32,000 nt of DNA from Candidatus Moranella endobia PCIT (lineage in GTDB: Bacteria > Pseudomonadota > Gammaproteobacteria > Enterobacterales > Enterobacteriaceae), in NCBI RefSeq assembly GCF_000219175.1, contig NC_015735.1:120001-152000 (forward strand). Direction: 5' to 3'. Numbering within the stretch: the first letter of the stretch is position 1; every line of letters begins with the position of its first letter. This document shows positions 28,528-32,000 of the stretch, piece by piece. The translations under genes and the position numbers were made by a program. The notes below the pieces were generated by a model. The model did not search any database, was not told the origin of the DNA, and saw nothing but the letters and a program-made list of their open reading frames with translations.

Positions 28528-28858
28528 AGGTAACTAATAAAAATATCAAGCCGTTAGATCACTTGTGTAAGACAGGGTAGTACAAAGTGACTGAACTGCA
28601 AAATTAGTTTTTTTGCACCAAACTATAAAGCGAAAGCTTGGTATATCCATAGTTAACACCTGGACCACAAACATGCAAAGTAGCATTACTGAACAATGAC
28701 AATAATACGCTTTGTTATGTTGCTGTTAATTACAGCACTGGTTGTCCATAAAATTGTCTTTGCAGTCGAACTAACGTTAATTTTAGTAGGTATCTGGTCT
28801 CAAACCATCGTGCAAGAGTGAAATATTGTTAGGAACTTTTAGCAGTCACTGGCTACGT

Positions 28859-31800
28859 TTAGCCAATAAATAAATTATTAAGTTCCTCGACTAAAACAAT
28901 GTCCGGCCGGCAATAGAACAGCCCGTTTTCCGGTTGTGCTAAGTCTATACCGCGCATAAATAGGTAATATATCCCGCCAAAATCACGCTGGTAATTATAA
29001 TCCAATAAGCGTTGGCCCAAAAACCGATGCAAAGCAAGCGCATAAAGTTGATACTGCAGTACATAGCGATGGGTAATCATTGCCTGTTCAATTGCTGGTC
29101 TAGTGTAAGCATCGATATCCTCACCTAACCAATTTGATTTATATTCAAGCAGGTAATAACGACCTTGCCAGCGAAACACAAGATCTATATACCCTTTGAG
29201 CATACCCCTGAACTGCAGAAAATCTAGCGGTGGACAGCGGGCAGAAAGAGGATCATAACGCTTGCAGATCCGGTCCAACTTGTGCGCCTGCACGACAGCA
29301 TCTATTGGAAGATAAAACGATAATTCAGCATAGCGGCTAGCCGGTGTGAGTTGATTGAGCGAAAGTGAATAACCATCTAACGGTATAGTGATAATGCTTT
29401 TTATCCAGTGCATGATCACTGGCAGCCAAATTGCTTTGATGCCTTTCTGCGTCAGAACATCACTCAGATACTGTTGGTCCAAAGGCCGGTTAAAATCTAT
29501 ATTTTTAAATAATCCGTGTAAAAATGTCCCAGAAACAGCGCCACGAGGAAAAGTATGTGGTGTCAACTGTAACAGTTCTTCCTTTCGCTCTTCTTGCTTC
29601 TCACCCAAGGCATCCACATCTAACCTCGGCTGCGACTCAATTATTGACGAACTGCCATATAGCTGCATACCTGAGGTTACCTTCCAGGACCAGATATCTT
29701 TTGGCGGCGCAGGCCAGCTGCGGGCTTGCAGTAGGGGCGTTGGCGTTGGCGTGAGTTTTAGTTTAGTAACAGCTGGCCAAGTCAACGAGTCACACAAAAA
29801 AATATCGCCGCTAGCGCGCGCCACTAAATCCGCCAGTCGTTCGTGAAGATGCTCCACATTGCCATCCTGACCCTGTTGAACTAGGTAGCCAAGCGCGCTC
29901 AAATGCAGATCGCTGATACCAGATTTTTTGCGACTACCGCGATACAGTGGCGCTATGCCGATACTACAATGGTAAATAGAGCGCGTTAGCGCTACATAAA
30001 GAAGACGCACATCTTCTGCTAATCGCTCCTCTTCAGCTAAAAGTAAACTATCTTTAGCAGCGCTAAGATCCAACCAGGCCCCGTACTTATCTCGATCGTG
30101 AAACATCGGTCGTTTTTGAACGCGGAAATCAGCTGCGAATGGCAAGAACACAAGCGGGAACTCCAAACCTTTAGATTTATGCACTGTCATGATTTGTACC
30201 AGATGACGATCGTTTTCCAGCCGCAATTGCTGATTAGTTTCCTGTGAATTAGGGGATGCAACCTGTAGCGCTAACCAACGGACTAGCGCGAATTCATTAT
30301 CTACTATTTGCGTAGATGCTTCCTGTAATAGTTCACCTAGATGGAGTAAGTTAGTTAGGCGGCGTTCGCCCCCCTGGCTGGCTAATAAGCTTTCAGCGAT
30401 GCAAAATTTTACCATTATTTTACGCAGCATCGGCAATATGCCATGTTTTTGCCAGTGCTGACGATAACCAGCAAAATCTTCAACCATTTTATTCCACAGA
30501 CGCTCATCGTTATTCAATGTATCAATAGCGGTAGCATTTAACCCGAGCAGGCAGGTAGCCAGTGCCCGGCGCAGCTCATTCTTTTTCTCTGTCGTCAACA
30601 CTGCCTGCAAGATCCATTGCAGTTCGCGCGCCTCGGGTGTATTGAAGACACTGTCACGGTTGGAGAGTTGCACTGCTGGAATCAGCAGTTCCGCTAGTGC
30701 AGCATACACCAGTGCCGCCTCGCTGCGGTTGCGTACTAGCACAGTAATATCCGATGCTTGTATTAGCTGCTGCTTACCCAGTCGCCCTTCAAGCCAGGCT
30801 TTGCCTTCACAGGCAGCGCATAGCAAATCTTGAATAGTAGCGGCACACTGGCGCGCCATGTATTGTTTATATTCACTTATGCCAACGCCGGCGCCCGGCT
30901 GTAGCCAAATACGCAGCGCTGGCTGTGGCTGATGCTGCACTACCAAACGCAATGTTTGATTGACAGTAGCAGGCATCACTGGTAAAAATGGAATATCGCT
31001 GAAGATAAACGGCGACGGCAAGCTTTGGAACAAATGATTAACTGCATTTATCATCCCAGGCGACGAACGCCAGTTAGTATCAAGGGTATAGTGAGCATCA
31101 ACTTCATTCCTAGCGCACATATAAGTAAAAATATCAGCTCCGCGAAACGCATAGATAGCCTGTTTCGGGTCACCCATCAACAACATTCCACAGTTAGATT
31201 GACCAACGTAAATTTGACGAAAAATTCGGTACTGCTGTGGGTCAGTATCCTGAAACTCGTCGATTATCGCTACCGGATAGCGCTTGCGTACTGATTCAGC
31301 TAGAGCGGCACCGCTACTACCACCAGCCAACGCCTGATCCAGGCGGCTCAGTAAATCGTCGAATCCTATTTCATTCCGACGTTGTTTTTCTTGTTTTAAT
31401 GCCTGGCGGATTTCAATTAACGCCATGAAAAAAATTAGCTCACGAAGCGAGAGCCTGGACTGATAAAAAGCCTCCACAGCAGCAAATAACTCATGCCGAG
31501 GGGGTTCTCCGTCGGTGGTTTGTTCCTCCAGCACTGAGCTTTTAAACCGCGCCAATTCATTCGGTACCTGATCATCCACGGTCGGCTCACTCACCCAGTA
31601 ATCAATTTTTGCCAGCCAGGTCCGTAGATTATTGCTGCTGTATATCCGACGGTCTAGTTTATGGCTCTCTAGTAGCGTCATAAGCTCTAACGCAGACGTA
31701 CGCCATTGCTGTTTTAGGTCTGCAATAACAGCAATAATCCGAGCATGCCTAGCTAGGATAGACTCAGTTATATCTGGCGGATTACATACCATGGGCAATT

Positions 31801-32000
31801 CACCCTGTAAATAAGGCAGTAATTCAGCTAGTAGGTTTGCCGGCCCTTCCCAGTATTGTTGCACCATGCGCGCTACTTCCAGTGGCAACTTATGGCAATG
31901 GCTTCGCCAGAATTCAGCGCTTACCTGCTGATACAAGCAAGATTCATCATCCAGGAAAGTTTGCGGAAATAGTATGTTAGAAGTGACCGCGTTGTTTAGT
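28859..32000 (-). CDS. recB: RecBCD helicase/nuclease subunit RecB, C-terminal ~1046 codons; the CDS continues past the right window edge
   Basis: Collinear with E. coli RecB from about residue 140 to the end. The frame stays open upstream of the track's TTG start: the translation LNNAVTSNILFPQTFLDDESCLYQQVSAEFW corresponds to E. coli MLNLNAFESGMLFEQQLIEDESLLRYQACADFW. Shared motifs are VAIIDEFQDTDPQQYRIFR.I, GDPKQAIYAFRGADIFTYM.AR.EV.AHYTLDTNWRS.PGM, VLVR.R.EA, SNRDSVF.T.EA.E, GGERRLT, V.KSKGLE.PLV.LPF, ERLAEDVRLLYVALTRS, and the nuclease motif G.LKGYIDLVF...GRYYLLEYKSNWLG. Confidence 0.93.
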   Translation of the reverse strand, partial: LNNAVTSNILFPQTFLDDESCLYQQVSAEFWRSHCHKLPLEVARMVQQYWEGPANLLAELLPYLQGELPMVCNPPDITESILARHARIIAVIADLKQQWRTSALELMTLLESHKLDRRIYSSNNLRTWLAKIDYWVSEPTVDDQVPNELARFKSSVLEEQTTDGEPPRHELFAAVEAFYQSRLSLRELIFFMALIEIRQALKQEKQRRNEIGFDDLLSRLDQALAGGSSGAALAESVRKRYPVAIIDEFQDTDPQQYRIFRQIYVGQSNCGMLLMGDPKQAIYAFRGADIFTYMCARNEVDAHYTLDTNWRSSPGMINAVNHLFQSLPSPFIFSDIPFLPVMPATVNQTLRLVVQHQPQPALRIWLQPGAGVGISEYKQYMARQCAATIQDLLCAACEGKAWLEGRLGKQQLIQASDITVLVRNRSEAALVYAALAELLIPAVQLSNRDSVFNTPEARELQWILQAVLTTEKKNELRRALATCLLGLNATAIDTLNNDERLWNKMVEDFAGYRQHWQKHGILPMLRKIMVKFCIAESLLASQGGERRLTNLLHLGELLQEASTQIVDNEFALVRWLALQVASPNSQETNQQLRLENDRHLVQIMTVHKSKGLEFPLVFLPFAADFRVQKRPMFHDRDKYGAWLDLSAAKDSLLLAEEERLAEDVRLLYVALTRSIYHCSIGIAPLYRGSRKKSGISDLHLSALGYLVQQGQDGNVEHLHERLADLVARASGDIFLCDSLTWPAVTKLKLTPTPTPLLQARSWPAPPKDIWSWKVTSGMQLYGSSSIIESQPRLDVDALGEKQEERKEELLQLTPHTFPRGAVSGTFLHGLFKNIDFNRPLDQQYLSDVLTQKGIKAIWLPVIMHWIKSIITIPLDGYSLSLNQLTPASRYAELSFYLPIDAVVQAHKLDRICKRYDPLSARCPPLDFLQFRGMLKGYIDLVFRWQGRYYLLEYKSNWLGEDIDAYTRPAIEQAMITHRYVLQYQLYALALHRFLGQRLLDYNYQRDFGGIYYLFMRGIDLAQPENGLFYCRPDIVLVEELNNLFIG

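Noticed and set aside
28696-28821. 41-codon hydrophobic ORF (MTIIRFVMLLLITALVV...) in the ibpA-recB spacer, possibly a small membrane protein or type I toxin-like peptide
   Set aside because: It has no Shine-Dalgarno, no recognisable homology and no partner antisense RNA signal, and it sits in AT-rich junction DNA where such ORFs arise by chance. It is mentioned under the recB finding but not annotated as a gene.
29388-31814. Several 60-150-aa plus-strand ORFs inside recB
   Set aside because: All are antisense to the continuous RecB reading frame, which has end-to-end homology. They are shadow ORFs.
1-32000. Window-wide look for CRISPR arrays, IS or transposase genes, integrases, phage genes, toxin-antitoxin pairs, defence islands and secondary-metabolite genes
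   Set aside because: No regularly spaced direct repeats, no transposase- or integrase-like translations and no unexplained multi-gene cluster were seen. Every ORF over 130 aa that is not antisense to a conserved gene has a clear housekeeping orthologue. I therefore do not report a novel system.

Overview
This window reads as chromosome from a host-restricted Enterobacterales bacterium (insect-endosymbiont-like). That assignment is an inference from three things: proteins close to my memory of E. coli K-12 orthologues, strongly AT-rich intergenic DNA, several eroded genes, and heavily scrambled gene order. I can support 29 apparently intact housekeeping CDS, two of which run off the window edges. 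They are a general porin (partial), rpsF-priB-rpsR-rplI, pgl, lpxH, ribE, rluB, trpE-trpG-trpC-trpB-trpA, yciC, pgi, tldD, mepM, znuA/znuCB, ruvB-ruvA, ruvC, yebC, aspS, ibpB-ibpA and recB (partial). There is also one tRNA-Val(GAC) and several regulatory signals: the trp promoter/TrpR operator, the trp attenuator hairpin, the ibpAB terminator, and candidate sigma-32, Zur and LexA sites. I found no IS or transposase genes, no CRISPR array, no phage, defence or toxin-antitoxin genes, and no unexplained multi-gene cluster, so I do not claim a novel system. The notable biology is reductive evolution caught in progress. (1) The trp operon is intact except that trpD is collapsed to about 77 bp between trpG and trpC, and the trpL leader peptide has lost its start codon although the operator and terminator persist. 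(2) glyA is a multiply disrupted pseudogene. (3) nudB is reduced to a 23-codon in-frame relic between aspS and yebC. (4) recB is intact but has no recD downstream. (5) The window holds about ten E. coli synteny blocks joined through AT-rich spacers with no visible mobile DNA.
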